A stretch of DNA of 64,000 nucleotides, from assembly GCA_038861545.1 (NCBI GenBank), contig JAWCCZ010000001.1, positions 160,001 through 224,000 of the forward strand. The letters are read 5' to 3'. Made by a program: the position numbers and the translations under genes. Source of the stretch: Thermofilaceae archaeon (GTDB taxonomy: Archaea; Thermoproteota; Thermoprotei; Thermofilales; Thermofilaceae). The notes beneath the pieces were generated by a model. The model saw only the letters and a program-made list of their open reading frames with translations, did no database searches and had not been told where the DNA came from. How positions within the stretch are numbered: the stretch's first letter is position 1; every line of letters starts with the position of its first letter. Positions 1 to 9,385 of this stretch are shown here, in pieces.

Positions 1-4
1 ATCG

Positions 5-559
5 ATGATTCTAGGGCAAAATTATCTTCGATGGGTTAGGGGTTCATGGCGTGTAATTAAGAACATAAGCTGTGGCGGGGAGCTGATCGATTCGGGAAGC
101 CATCTTATTGATGTAGCGCTATGGGTATCCGGTCTCGCAGCCGACGAGGCTTTCGCCTACATGGATACTTGCGGCACTGAAGTAGACATTAATGCAGCCC
201 TAGTAGCGAAGCTGGAAGGAGGTGTACTCCTACTTTTTACAGTAGCTGGAGACGACCCTGGCTGGCTTGAAGTTGAGATATTCTGGGGCGAGGAGGGTAG
301 GTTAACCTTGCAGCCACCTGCCGTGTTGATGCAGAGAAGAAAGGGTGAGGGCGAAGCAGTAAAGTTAGACGGCTACACGGCTTCCAGACCGGCCTATAAT
401 TTCCTTAAAGCTATTATAGGTGAGGAGGAGAACATGGTTCCACCTATCTATGGGCTTAGGGTGCAAGAGTTATCTGACGCAGCTTATCGATCGGTAGAGT
501 TTAGAAGGCCGGTTAAGGTGGCCGAGCTCTACGAGGAGTTGGGAGTTCAGAGACCCTAA
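5..559 (+). CDS. Gfo/Idh/MocA oxidoreductase, C-terminal part (5' end outside window)
   Basis: GGELIDSGSHLID motif of the GFO_IDH_MocA C-terminal domain. Confidence 0.8.
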   Translation: MILGQNYLRWVRGSWRVIKNISCGGELIDSGSHLIDVALWVSGLAADEAFAYMDTCGTEVDINAALVAKLEGGVLLLFTVAGDDPGWLEVEIFWGEEGRLTLQPPAVLMQRRKGEGEAVKLDGYTASRPAYNFLKAIIGEEENMVPPIYGLRVQELSDAAYRSVEFRRPVKVAELYEELGVQRP

Positions 560-566
560 CCCTGAT

Positions 567-2099
567 TTAATGCTCTAAGGAGACCATAGACTCGTAGTGT
601 AGGTGGGCTAGTACCATATTTTCCTCAGGTTTTCCGACGCCTATTGCCATAACTGTTTCCAGATATTCCTCAGCTGCCTGGAGTTTTGTGCTATGTTCAC
701 TGTATACAGTGAGCAAAGGATAGCCGTTTTTAACCAGGCTTCCTATTTTGGCGTGTAGCTCGATACCGGCTCCTTTGTCTTTAGGTGCCCCTGCAAGCCT
801 AGCTGCTGTCGCGATAGCTGTGTTGTTAACCCAAATTACCATGCCTTCCCGCTCGGCATATAAGGTGAGACGTTTATCTCCGACCGGTATATCTTGAGGC
901 TTGAGGTCGGGGTTTCCCCCCTGTGCTTCAATGATTTCTTTCATCTTTAAATATGCTTTTCCGCTCTTGAGCGCTTCAAGGGCTATAGCTTTCCCATCTG
1001 ATATTCCAACCATTTCTAGGAGCATGCCGGCAAGGCTTACAGCTTTATCTACGAGATCAACAGGGCCTTTACCCAGTAAAGCAAAGAGAGCCTCGCGAGC
1101 CTCTAGAGCGGGTCCAGCGGCTCGCCCTACGGGTTGGTCGCCTAATGTTGCTACGCATGCCACTTTAATACCCATGCGCTTACTGACTTCTACAAGGATC
1201 CTAGAGAGGTTGCGAGCTTCCTCTATAGTCTTAACCTTCGCTCCTCTGCCTACAGGAAGGTCCACTACTATATGAGTAGCGCCAACCGCTGCTTTCTTTG
1301 CTATTATAGATGGAACTAGGAATGGATCGATCGCCAGCGGGTACTCAACCTTGATGATTTTATCATCGGCTGGCGCTAAACCCAGAGCCCCTCCCCAAGC
1401 GATGCAACCTCTAACATTAAACACAATACTGTGAACCTCTTCCAGTGTTAAGTTAACAGGCATCAATACTTCAGCCCTGTCAGCAGTGCCTGCTGGACTG
1501 GTGATGGCTCGCGAACTAGTCTTCGGTATATAGTATCCGAGAGAAGCTATTATTGGCACTATAAGTAACGTTGTTTTATCTCCAGGTACGCCGCCGATGC
1601 TGTGTTTGTCTAGGATAGGGTTAACCCCAAGGTTTAAACGTTCACCAGTCTCAACCATTGCACGCGAGAAATAGTAGGCTTCTTCGACGCTTAACCCTCG
1701 TTGGTTAGCCGCTGTTACGAGAGCTGTAAGCTCTACTTCGTCTAATGAATTTTTCACTATATCCTCGATAATTGTGCGTACTTCTTCATAGCTTAGCGAG
1801 GAGCCGGATAGGAATGCTTTAATGTATTGCGATGATCGTGGGGGTTGCACGGCTAGAACTTCAACGAGCTCGCCAGTTTTCAAAGCTAGAGCCCTTGCCA
1901 CTTCATCATTAACTAAAGCGATATCTGGTGAAAGGTTCTGAGCGACGTTAACTACGGCTACTATTTCACTGCCGCCTCGTCTAACTAGAACTCGGTCATG
2001 AGGTCTAACGCCTAAACTGTACGCTGCTGTATCATCAAGTACTAGGAGTGGAGTACCACTCGCGAAACCCAGTAATCGTACTCTAAGTGGTAAGCTCAT
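567..2099 (-). CDS. deoA: AMP phosphorylase (thymidine phosphorylase family)
   Basis: DKHSIGGVPGDKT and KTSSRAITSPAGTAD motifs; ~510 aa with archaeal N-terminal extension. Confidence 0.92.
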   Translation of the reverse strand: MSLPLRVRLLGFASGTPLLVLDDTAAYSLGVRPHDRVLVRRGGSEIVAVVNVAQNLSPDIALVNDEVARALALKTGELVEVLAVQPPRSSQYIKAFLSGSSLSYEEVRTIIEDIVKNSLDEVELTALVTAANQRGLSVEEAYYFSRAMVETGERLNLGVNPILDKHSIGGVPGDKTTLLIVPIIASLGYYIPKTSSRAITSPAGTADRAEVLMPVNLTLEEVHSIVFNVRGCIAWGGALGLAPADDKIIKVEYPLAIDPFLVPSIIAKKAAVGATHIVVDLPVGRGAKVKTIEEARNLSRILVEVSKRMGIKVACVATLGDQPVGRAAGPALEAREALFALLGKGPVDLVDKAVSLAGMLLEMVGISDGKAIALEALKSGKAYLKMKEIIEAQGGNPDLKPQDIPVGDKRLTLYAEREGMVIWVNNTAIATAARLAGAPKDKGAGIELHAKIGSLVKNGYPLLTVYSEHSTKLQAAEEYLETVMAIGVGKPEENMVLAHLHYESMVSLEH

Positions 2100-2147
2100 A
2101 GTTAGTAAATGACATTCGCTCTATTAACGGTTACGTTACGCTCCGTA

Positions 2148-2519
2148 TTACCGGCTCTCCTTAATAGAGTAGATGCCGAAAACTACGACTTTGCCTCCAC
2201 ACTTGGGGCATGTCTCCTTTTGTTTAAGCACGTAATCACCTGGTTCCGTGTTTTTCTCTTCCGTATAGTCGCATGACTCACATTTGAGTAGCTCCACTAT
2301 GCGCATCTTAGTTATTTTCACTTTCCTCAGCCTATCTAGACCGGAGAATGCAAGGTATACTCCCATGACTGAGAGAACCGCTAGGTTAGCGTAAACTGTA
2401 TCATTTGTATATATATACATTATCAACATGTGAACCGTGACTAGTACTAGGGCGACAATTAACACTAAGTACACAGGCATCCAACGCGATTTTAGTTCAG
2501 CTAGCTTTTCTTCGCTCAT
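2148..2519 (-). CDS. Membrane protein with C-terminal Zn ribbon
   Basis: Two hydrophobic helices followed by CESC...CPKC. Confidence 0.7.
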   Translation of the reverse strand: MSEEKLAELKSRWMPVYLVLIVALVLVTVHMLIMYIYTNDTVYANLAVLSVMGVYLAFSGLDRLRKVKITKMRIVELLKCESCDYTEEKNTEPGDYVLKQKETCPKCGGKVVVFGIYSIKESR

Positions 2520-2535
2520 GGGACTTGCAAACCAT

Positions 2536-2973
2536 TTATAGACTACTATTAATATCTGCTACCTTTCCTGTGCCTGAGCTTACAATTAAGGATGCGATGA
2601 TCCTCCTATGCCTTCTCGAAGCCGGCTGGTTCTCCAAAAAGAAGATACCTGTATCTCCTAAGGGCACATTGCCGTCAATCACTGGTAAAGCTAGCATCGT
2701 GCCGATAAGAGTGGAACGTAGGTGTGCGTATGCATTTCCGGGATGTTTCCAACCCAGTGTAGGTACTAGGTCCCATAAATTATACTCGAAAGCTTCTACG
2801 AGCTCACGCTTCCTGGGTAACAGTACTAGTGCGCCAGTTGAACCGACAGCTTGTAAAGCTATTATACCAAACTTAACTCCTTTCGCTAGCTCTACCACCT
2901 TATCCGTTATATTGAACAGCTTGTTCGGCCCATACGTGCTTAGTTCTACGTTCTCTAAGCGTTCGACTCTCAT
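2536..2973 (-). CDS. YjbQ/UPF0047 family protein
   Basis: FNITDKV, GSTGAL and HPGNAYAHLRSTLIG motifs. Confidence 0.8.
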   Translation of the reverse strand: MRVERLENVELSTYGPNKLFNITDKVVELAKGVKFGIIALQAVGSTGALVLLPRKRELVEAFEYNLWDLVPTLGWKHPGNAYAHLRSTLIGTMLALPVIDGNVPLGDTGIFFLENQPASRRHRRIIASLIVSSGTGKVADINSSL

Positions 2974-3383
2974 TGCATCACCTCAATTACGAGTTTGCGT
3001 GTCCCCTCTTTCTCGTTAAGGTCCAGAAGGCAAATTTGCTGGAATGAGCCTAAAAGCAGTCCTTCCTCCACAGGTATTATCAAGCTGGGTTGGAACACAG
3101 AAGCGATAACGTGAGGATCCTTAACTTTCCAACTGTTCACTAGAGTTAATATATCTTCTATCAGGTCGACATCATACTCGATCGTAATTAGGCGGGCGAG
3201 GGGATCCGTCGAGTAGAGCAGCACTACTCCTTTTTTCAGACCGGCCGACTTGATCGCCTGTTCTACATACGGGGTTATGTCGTAAACTCCTCTTCCAGCG
3301 CTTTGTATCTCTATTTCGGTAATCACGCCGGTTCCAGTGCACCCCAGTATTTTTACGTTACTGCTTAATACGCTACGCGCCAA
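2970..3383 (-). CDS. YjbQ/UPF0047 family protein (divergent paralog)
   Basis: YDITPYV and LLLGSFQQICLLDL motifs; overlaps the next gene by 4 nt. Confidence 0.75.
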   Translation of the reverse strand: MARSVLSSNVKILGCTGTGVITEIEIQSAGRGVYDITPYVEQAIKSAGLKKGVVLLYSTDPLARLITIEYDVDLIEDILTLVNSWKVKDPHVIASVFQPSLIIPVEEGLLLGSFQQICLLDLNEKEGTRKLVIEVMQ

Positions 3384-3414
3384 CCATTATAAGTAGTGTC
3401 TCAAAGACAGGCTG

Positions 3415-5253
3415 ATGCCGGAAACTAGGCTGGCAGTTTATGTGACGGCTCAGACTGTAAACTCGCTCGCAACAGGGGCTATTAGTTACGATGAAGTTCG
3501 TAAACAGCTTGATCTGCTTGGGATTGAGAAAGTATATCTTGAAAACTATCGAACTGGGCTTCTAGTACCCCAAACTCACTTGGCTAAAGTTAGAGAAGCG
3601 TTTAAAGACTCTTACGAAGTTTCTGGAGGTAGCTGTATCGGCACGTGGGGTGAAGATTGGGGAAGGCATGCAGACTTCGGCTTCAGAGTCGTCTGCTTAA
3701 CTGATCAGAAGAACTTGAGTCTGATAGCTAAGGCTATGAAAGAGGCCGGAGAGATTTTCGACGAAGTGTTAATCGACGATTTTTGGGCGAATTGGTGTGT
3801 ATGTCCCTATTGTGTAGCCGAGTTCAATAGAGAGTACGGGCTCAGCATTAGTGATGAAATGCTTCAACAAGCGCTTACAAGGGGCGATAACCAGCTTTCA
3901 AGGCTTTGGGCACGTTTTTCCACGGAGCTTTTCAGCAATGTATCTCGCAGGTATGTTGTAAAACCGTTTAAGGAGAGTGGCGGGCAGAGAATAGTAGATA
4001 AAGTCCCTGAATGGAGAGAGGATTTCTACATTAGAGGGCTTTTCATCCCTATAATCTCGAGAATATTCGATGGGATCTACGTTGGAACTGAGTCTAGGGA
4101 GGGTACGCGCAGGTATGGAGCTTTCTTTACGGCCAGAATGGTAAGAGAGTTAGCAGGAGGAATAGCCGGTGTCTGGTTTGACACGTATAACGGTCTGTTC
4201 AGCTGGTGGGAACCCTTAACTGTTGAAACTTACTTAGAGCAGCTTTTCGAGAGCATGGCTGCGTTACCACCCGAAGTGACGCTTTTCTGCCTGGAGGACC
4301 TGCTACACTCTAGCAGGCATCAATTAGTGGAGGCTATTAAACAAAATTGGGCTTCACTACGCAGAGCTGTAGTAGAGGTTCAAGGCGAACCCATAGGGGT
4401 TCTAAAGCCAAGCATTCAGCCTGGTTTTTCTCCAGTAGATGACAGGTACGTTGAGGATTATATAGGCATGATAGGGGTCCCTCTAGTACCCGTAAACCCC
4501 GACTCGATGCCGGCAGGGTCCTGCGTTCTCATAACTGCTAAAGAGGTTGCCACCCTTGATCTAGAGTCCCTTTCCTCTAAAGCAAGAGCCATTCTGCTTA
4601 CCTCGGGCGCAGTTCGCTGGCTAATGAATGAGAATTCGAGCGGGCTAGGTTACAGATTCCTCGGCGCGAAGGGACCTGAAAACCTGGTGTACGAGTGCTT
4701 CCACGCTACCTCATTGAAGTATAAAGGCCAGACAGTGTATGAAGGCCATAGGAGGAGCGTGCTCCACCCAGTAGGGCCAATCATCGACAGCGAGGACACC
4801 GAAGTGATTCTCACTGCTAGCGACGGGTACGAGGAGTGGCCAGTTATATTCCGAAAACGTTACGGCAAAGCGGATGTGATCTCGATATGCGTTACAGACT
4901 ATCCAGCTTTACTATGTGAATACCCGGAGGTAGTCCGGCAAGCGATTCGAGATCTAATTTATGAGTATATTGGCGTAAGTGTCGATATTCCACACAAGTT
5001 ACGGTCCTATGGCTTGACCCCACAGCTAGTTAATTTTGTGCTGCACGTTTACAATGATGGACACATAGGAGTAGCTAACTATAACTACTATGGGATCCCG
5101 CTGGAGCTCACTTTAGATTTCTTACCTCGCTTTGCAGATCAACCCAAGTTACTTGCCGGAAGCGTGTTAATAGAGGAAGCAGTTGATCGAAGAATAACTA
5201 TGCGCGTGCCGGCTCGCAGTCACGGTTTCATAAAGGCTACAAGCGCGAATTAA
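3415..5253 (+). CDS. Uncharacterised glycoside hydrolase-like protein
   Basis: 612-aa ORF; IDDFWANWCVCPYC segment resembles the Cys cluster of GH42-like TIM barrels. Confidence 0.55.
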   Translation: MPETRLAVYVTAQTVNSLATGAISYDEVRKQLDLLGIEKVYLENYRTGLLVPQTHLAKVREAFKDSYEVSGGSCIGTWGEDWGRHADFGFRVVCLTDQKNLSLIAKAMKEAGEIFDEVLIDDFWANWCVCPYCVAEFNREYGLSISDEMLQQALTRGDNQLSRLWARFSTELFSNVSRRYVVKPFKESGGQRIVDKVPEWREDFYIRGLFIPIISRIFDGIYVGTESREGTRRYGAFFTARMVRELAGGIAGVWFDTYNGLFSWWEPLTVETYLEQLFESMAALPPEVTLFCLEDLLHSSRHQLVEAIKQNWASLRRAVVEVQGEPIGVLKPSIQPGFSPVDDRYVEDYIGMIGVPLVPVNPDSMPAGSCVLITAKEVATLDLESLSSKARAILLTSGAVRWLMNENSSGLGYRFLGAKGPENLVYECFHATSLKYKGQTVYEGHRRSVLHPVGPIIDSEDTEVILTASDGYEEWPVIFRKRYGKADVISICVTDYPALLCEYPEVVRQAIRDLIYEYIGVSVDIPHKLRSYGLTPQLVNFVLHVYNDGHIGVANYNYYGIPLELTLDFLPRFADQPKLLAGSVLIEEAVDRRITMRVPARSHGFIKATSAN

Positions 5254-5269
5254 AAGTTTAAAAAATCTT

Positions 5270-6640
5270 TTAGATATTCTTCTTTATTTGTTTTTTACTT
5301 AAAATCACTATGGATGCAAGGATTAAAAGGATACCGATTATCCCCATAATAATAAAGGGTAGGAAGGCTTCAATGTAATCAAGTCTCCAAACAGCTTTAA
5401 TAGTTCTAGGACCATTAACGTAGATCTCTACGGTTCCTGGGTCCACAATCCTATCTTCTTCCTTAAGCCCTTCAAAATGGTCGAAGACGTAGGGGCCAAC
5501 TTTAGTTGGATTGATGGATATTCGAGCATATGTGTCTATCCAGTAAAGTCCTTCTCCAGTAGCGGTACCGTACTGCGTATCCACAGTAACCAAGTACATG
5601 GTTCGATTTCCCGGAAATAAAGCTTCTAATAACTCTGTTCTCCATCTCCCTCTAAACTGGTCGTAAATGCCGAAGCCAGCCGCAAACTCCCAGTAACACC
5701 AAGCTATTCCTCTTTTCTCAGCTTCCCTGGCCACTAAGTAAGTCCACCTGATACGGGATTCCATATCCGCCTTACTGTATGCTCCAAACTCGCCCATAAG
5801 TAGCGGGACACCACCATATTGTTCAGCCCAGTTCGCGGCGATGTCGAGCTCCCTTGTTACCTCTCGCTGCTCCAAGCGCGTACCGTACCATTTAACGCCA
5901 ACTCGTGGGCTCGGGCTAACCCATTCAGCCCCTTGATGAGTGAATTCAAAAGGGGTGTAGAAGTGGAAAGTTACAATAATATTTTCATCGTTTTCAGGGA
6001 GCTGGAGCTGCTGAAGAGCATAAGGACTGTTCCAGTTAACTGGACCGACAACTATTTTTCGCGTTGGGTTTGTTATGCGTATAATATCTATGGTTTCACG
6101 CATCAACTGGTTCCATATATCAGCGGTCAATTCGTTGCAAGGTTCATTTAAAAGCTCGAAGATCAACCTGTCTGGGTAATCTTTATACCTAGCAGAAATC
6201 TGCTGCCAAATGGCCATGAAACGCTCCTTCTGGTCTAAGGGCTTCTGCATAATTTCCTCGTAATGGTGAACATTAATGATGACATACAACCCCTGCTCTA
6301 GAGCTTTGTCGATCACGTGGTCAACTCGCTGGAAAAACTTTTCATCAATGGCATAGGGTGGATTTTTCTCGGCGTGTGAGCTCCATCGTATCGGTATCCT
6401 AACCGCTTCAAAACCTGCTTCTCTTATAATTTTTAAAAATTCATCTCTAATGTAAACCCCCCACTGCCCTTCCACTGGAGCCTCAAGGGCGTTACCAATG
6501 TTGATACACTTGCAGAAATGCAGCTTTGCTGTGCAGTTCACTTGGCTTAGGCTACTAGGCGGCTGAGATAAGGAGAGTGGTATAAGAACTAATATGCCTG
6601 TAAGTGCTAACATAGTTGCTTTACTTATGCAAGTAGGCAT
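5270..6640 (-). CDS. Secreted, membrane-anchored GH5 endoglucanase
   Basis: Signal peptide; NIGNALEAP, RIPIRW, ELLNEP, HFY and MGEFG motifs; C-terminal TM helix with Lys-rich tail. Confidence 0.92.
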   Translation of the reverse strand: MPTCISKATMLALTGILVLIPLSLSQPPSSLSQVNCTAKLHFCKCINIGNALEAPVEGQWGVYIRDEFLKIIREAGFEAVRIPIRWSSHAEKNPPYAIDEKFFQRVDHVIDKALEQGLYVIINVHHYEEIMQKPLDQKERFMAIWQQISARYKDYPDRLIFELLNEPCNELTADIWNQLMRETIDIIRITNPTRKIVVGPVNWNSPYALQQLQLPENDENIIVTFHFYTPFEFTHQGAEWVSPSPRVGVKWYGTRLEQREVTRELDIAANWAEQYGGVPLLMGEFGAYSKADMESRIRWTYLVAREAEKRGIAWCYWEFAAGFGIYDQFRGRWRTELLEALFPGNRTMYLVTVDTQYGTATGEGLYWIDTYARISINPTKVGPYVFDHFEGLKEEDRIVDPGTVEIYVNGPRTIKAVWRLDYIEAFLPFIIMGIIGILLILASIVILSKKQIKKNI

Positions 6641-6711
6641 AAAGCCGAAACCATGTAAAAGTAAAAAGGTTATCTTTTAACCAAGTGAAAACTGTTACAT
6701 TGACGCTAACC

Positions 6712-7785
6712 CTATGAGTGTGTATGCTGCCATAACTCATTGAGTGATTCGTAGAATGAGCTTGGTTGAAGCTCCTTAAAACCTCCTATGTTAAGCGCTA
6801 GGTGTAAACGTATATCTAAGCAAAGGTGGCAGTGGCTCACATATCCACCGCGTGGTTCATTATATCCGTATCCATCAACTGCTAGCCGATATAGTGAACC
6901 CAAATCCCTGGATAACATCGCTAAAACTGGTCTATCGCCTAGATCAACCCCCTCTAAGACATGGTTTAGCTTTCGTGCGTCTCCGAGGGTTATCCCAGCG
7001 CAGTATCCTGGAACGTAGTTGTAGTAGGGGTCGACATGCACATGCCATGGCCTCGTAAGCTCCCCTAAGCAAGATACATTGAAATAAGCTTTAGCTGGCC
7101 TTTTCTCGTAAAATTGACTTAATGTGTAGACTAAGCGACCCATTGGTAACAGAATTGAAGGATTAAAGACCAGATTAAAAAGCAGGGGAATTGTTTTGAG
7201 AACTTTGCTAACTGATTCTTCGAAATTAATTCTACCGGTAAACCCTATGGAGTCCAGAAGTTCTAGGTAAACAGGGTGGTAGACAAGCACTCCGCTTCCG
7301 CCCCACACATCAAGCGCTGCTCTAATAGCGAGCTTTGTTCTCTCATAAGGGACGAACTCTGCTGTGAACGGGTTTACGCTAATCAGAACTCCCTCTAGAC
7401 CAGCTTTCTTTAACTCTTCAAATCTGCTTCTAGCGTGAGTGTAGCTTGTAACCCAAAAGCAGTTGGTTTCAACGAAGACTGAGGGATAACCAAGCTCTTC
7501 AGCTATCTTTACACTCTCCAACGTCAAATGGTAGTTCAGAAAAGGCTCTCCACCTGTCAGGTGAAGTCCCTCACTTATCCCCAGTTTCCCAGCTGGAGAG
7601 GCCGGCGCAATATATGGGGCGAGGTTTTCTAAGACCCTTTTAAGTTGGTCTTTGCTCATCCAGTATTTTGCTTTTGGAGTGCAAGCGTACATGCAATGTT
7701 TGCATTCACACGTACACTGATAGGAGAGCATGATACCTACTGAAACCGGGGGTTCTGGCTTGAGTACTCCAGAGTTCATCATCAT
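6712..7785 (-). CDS. Radical SAM protein
   Basis: CTCECKHC, TGGEPF and ETNCFW motifs. Confidence 0.88.
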   Translation of the reverse strand: MMMNSGVLKPEPPVSVGIMLSYQCTCECKHCMYACTPKAKYWMSKDQLKRVLENLAPYIAPASPAGKLGISEGLHLTGGEPFLNYHLTLESVKIAEELGYPSVFVETNCFWVTSYTHARSRFEELKKAGLEGVLISVNPFTAEFVPYERTKLAIRAALDVWGGSGVLVYHPVYLELLDSIGFTGRINFEESVSKVLKTIPLLFNLVFNPSILLPMGRLVYTLSQFYEKRPAKAYFNVSCLGELTRPWHVHVDPYYNYVPGYCAGITLGDARKLNHVLEGVDLGDRPVLAMLSRDLGSLYRLAVDGYGYNEPRGGYVSHCHLCLDIRLHLALNIGGFKELQPSSFYESLNELWQHTHS

Positions 7786-7874
7786 TTACTGATTTAAGCT
7801 TATCAAGCTTCCTAATTTCTCTGACCCTTATATTATAGTAAATGGCTGTATAGGGATCATATGTTTTCCGAATA

Positions 7875-8981
7875 CTAAGTGTTGGGAAAACGATGGCTTG
7901 ATTTAAGGTAATCAATGAGTTCTTCATAGTTTCTAAAGATGTTTGTGGTATAATACTCGAAGAAGGGGCTTTTGAGCTGATAGGGAAATATAGCGAAGAC
8001 ATCCTTGTTATGAGTATAACCGTAATGTATTTCATTTAATACTCCGGGAGAAACCTGGGTAGTGGGGTAAAACACAACTATGATATCTGATTGATCGATA
8101 AGCTTGTAGTCGCGCGCGACTATCTGGTCGATAATATCATCTCTGGCTTTCGAGATCTCATCTACGCTTAATTGCAGCTTAGATTCATCAACATTTAACT
8201 CGACGTGCTCTGAACCGCGTTTCCAAGCCTCTTCAGCTAACCCGATCAGTACAGCTTCATCAATGGTAATTGGGTCGAAAACTACGATGCCAGTCTTTCT
8301 GAGCGCCTCTTTAATCTCGTCCTTTTTCGTGAAAAATGCCTGGTCGCCAGCTACATGGGTTATCGGGTAGCTAAGATAAGCCTTTAGTGCTGGTGTGCGG
8401 TTAGCCAGTTTTTCTTTTTCAACCTTGTAAATTAGGTCTAATAACAGGTTTACGGGTTCCCGTCTTGCCACTATGTAGAAGGGCTTCTGCTGGTATTCAG
8501 CTAAGATTTCAGTTACGAAGGCTTCCTCGTCCCTCCATACGAGGATATCTTTCAAGTCAAGCCGGCCTTTCCACTGAGTGGTTTCCAATCTAGCTTTAAC
8601 TGAGTGTGCATTATCAACTATTGTAACATACATGTCTGGGTTTATCTTGTTCAGGTAGTAAAGATTGAACGCTGTAGAAAGATGTTTTTTCCAACGGAAG
8701 CAAACGTGTGTGCTTATGATCAAGTCTTTATCGCTTAATCCTCGAAATTTCTCTACTTCAGTTAGAAGTTCCTCGAAAGTAACTGCTCTCAAGTAGTCAA
8801 GGGCGAAGGGGTCTAGGTCCAGTATCTTGCCTTGAGGTATGCGTATACCCAGCTCAGCGGACTTACGGAACATTCTTGCTCCAACGTCTATAACTTGCAG
8901 TTTTCCTTCACTACCCTTCGCCGCTTCTTCGATGAGGTCTAAGCGTCCACTACCGCTTATCCCTGTCGCAAAGATTATCAT
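7875..8981 (-). CDS. P-loop nucleotide kinase-like domain fused to nucleoside 2-deoxyribosyltransferase-like domain
   Basis: N-terminal TGISGSGR; C-terminal AYLSYP...RDYKLIDQSDIIVV...SPGVLNE. Confidence 0.65.
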   Translation of the reverse strand: MIIFATGISGSGRLDLIEEAAKGSEGKLQVIDVGARMFRKSAELGIRIPQGKILDLDPFALDYLRAVTFEELLTEVEKFRGLSDKDLIISTHVCFRWKKHLSTAFNLYYLNKINPDMYVTIVDNAHSVKARLETTQWKGRLDLKDILVWRDEEAFVTEILAEYQQKPFYIVARREPVNLLLDLIYKVEKEKLANRTPALKAYLSYPITHVAGDQAFFTKKDEIKEALRKTGIVVFDPITIDEAVLIGLAEEAWKRGSEHVELNVDESKLQLSVDEISKARDDIIDQIVARDYKLIDQSDIIVVFYPTTQVSPGVLNEIHYGYTHNKDVFAIFPYQLKSPFFEYYTTNIFRNYEELIDYLKSSHRFPNT

Positions 8982-9074
8982 AAGAGCTTTTAATTTGAAG
9001 ACGGATAACTGTTTCGATTACTTTCGCCCGATTATTAGGGGAAATATTATCCATGTTCCCAGCAGCGTATAACC

Positions 9075-9356
9075 GTGAACGCTGTAGGTTACTCAGAACT
9101 TAGACTAGAAGGAAATTCTAAACGGTGGGAAAGTTTGGGAGAAGCTCTTTTATTCGTGGATGAGGAGGATGATTCGAGAAAAGCTGAAGAATTTCTTAAT
9201 AAACTCGGGATTAAGTACCGTAGAATCGACGTGCGGAATGGATTGCGTGGCTGGCTGCTATTTGACTACGGAACCGCAGAGGTTCCTTTACTTGTGGTAG
9301 GTGAAAGGGTTCTAGTGGGATTCGAGGAGATAAAGAAACACTATGCATTCCGTTAA
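9075..9356 (+). CDS. Glutaredoxin-like protein lacking CxxC (start may be downstream)
   Basis: KAEEFLNKLGIKYRRIDV and VPLLVVG..LVGF thioredoxin-fold pattern. Confidence 0.7.
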   Translation: MNAVGYSELRLEGNSKRWESLGEALLFVDEEDDSRKAEEFLNKLGIKYRRIDVRNGLRGWLLFDYGTAEVPLLVVGERVLVGFEEIKKHYAFR

Positions 9357-9385
9357 CCTATTTTTCCACTTAGTCTTCTTGAATT

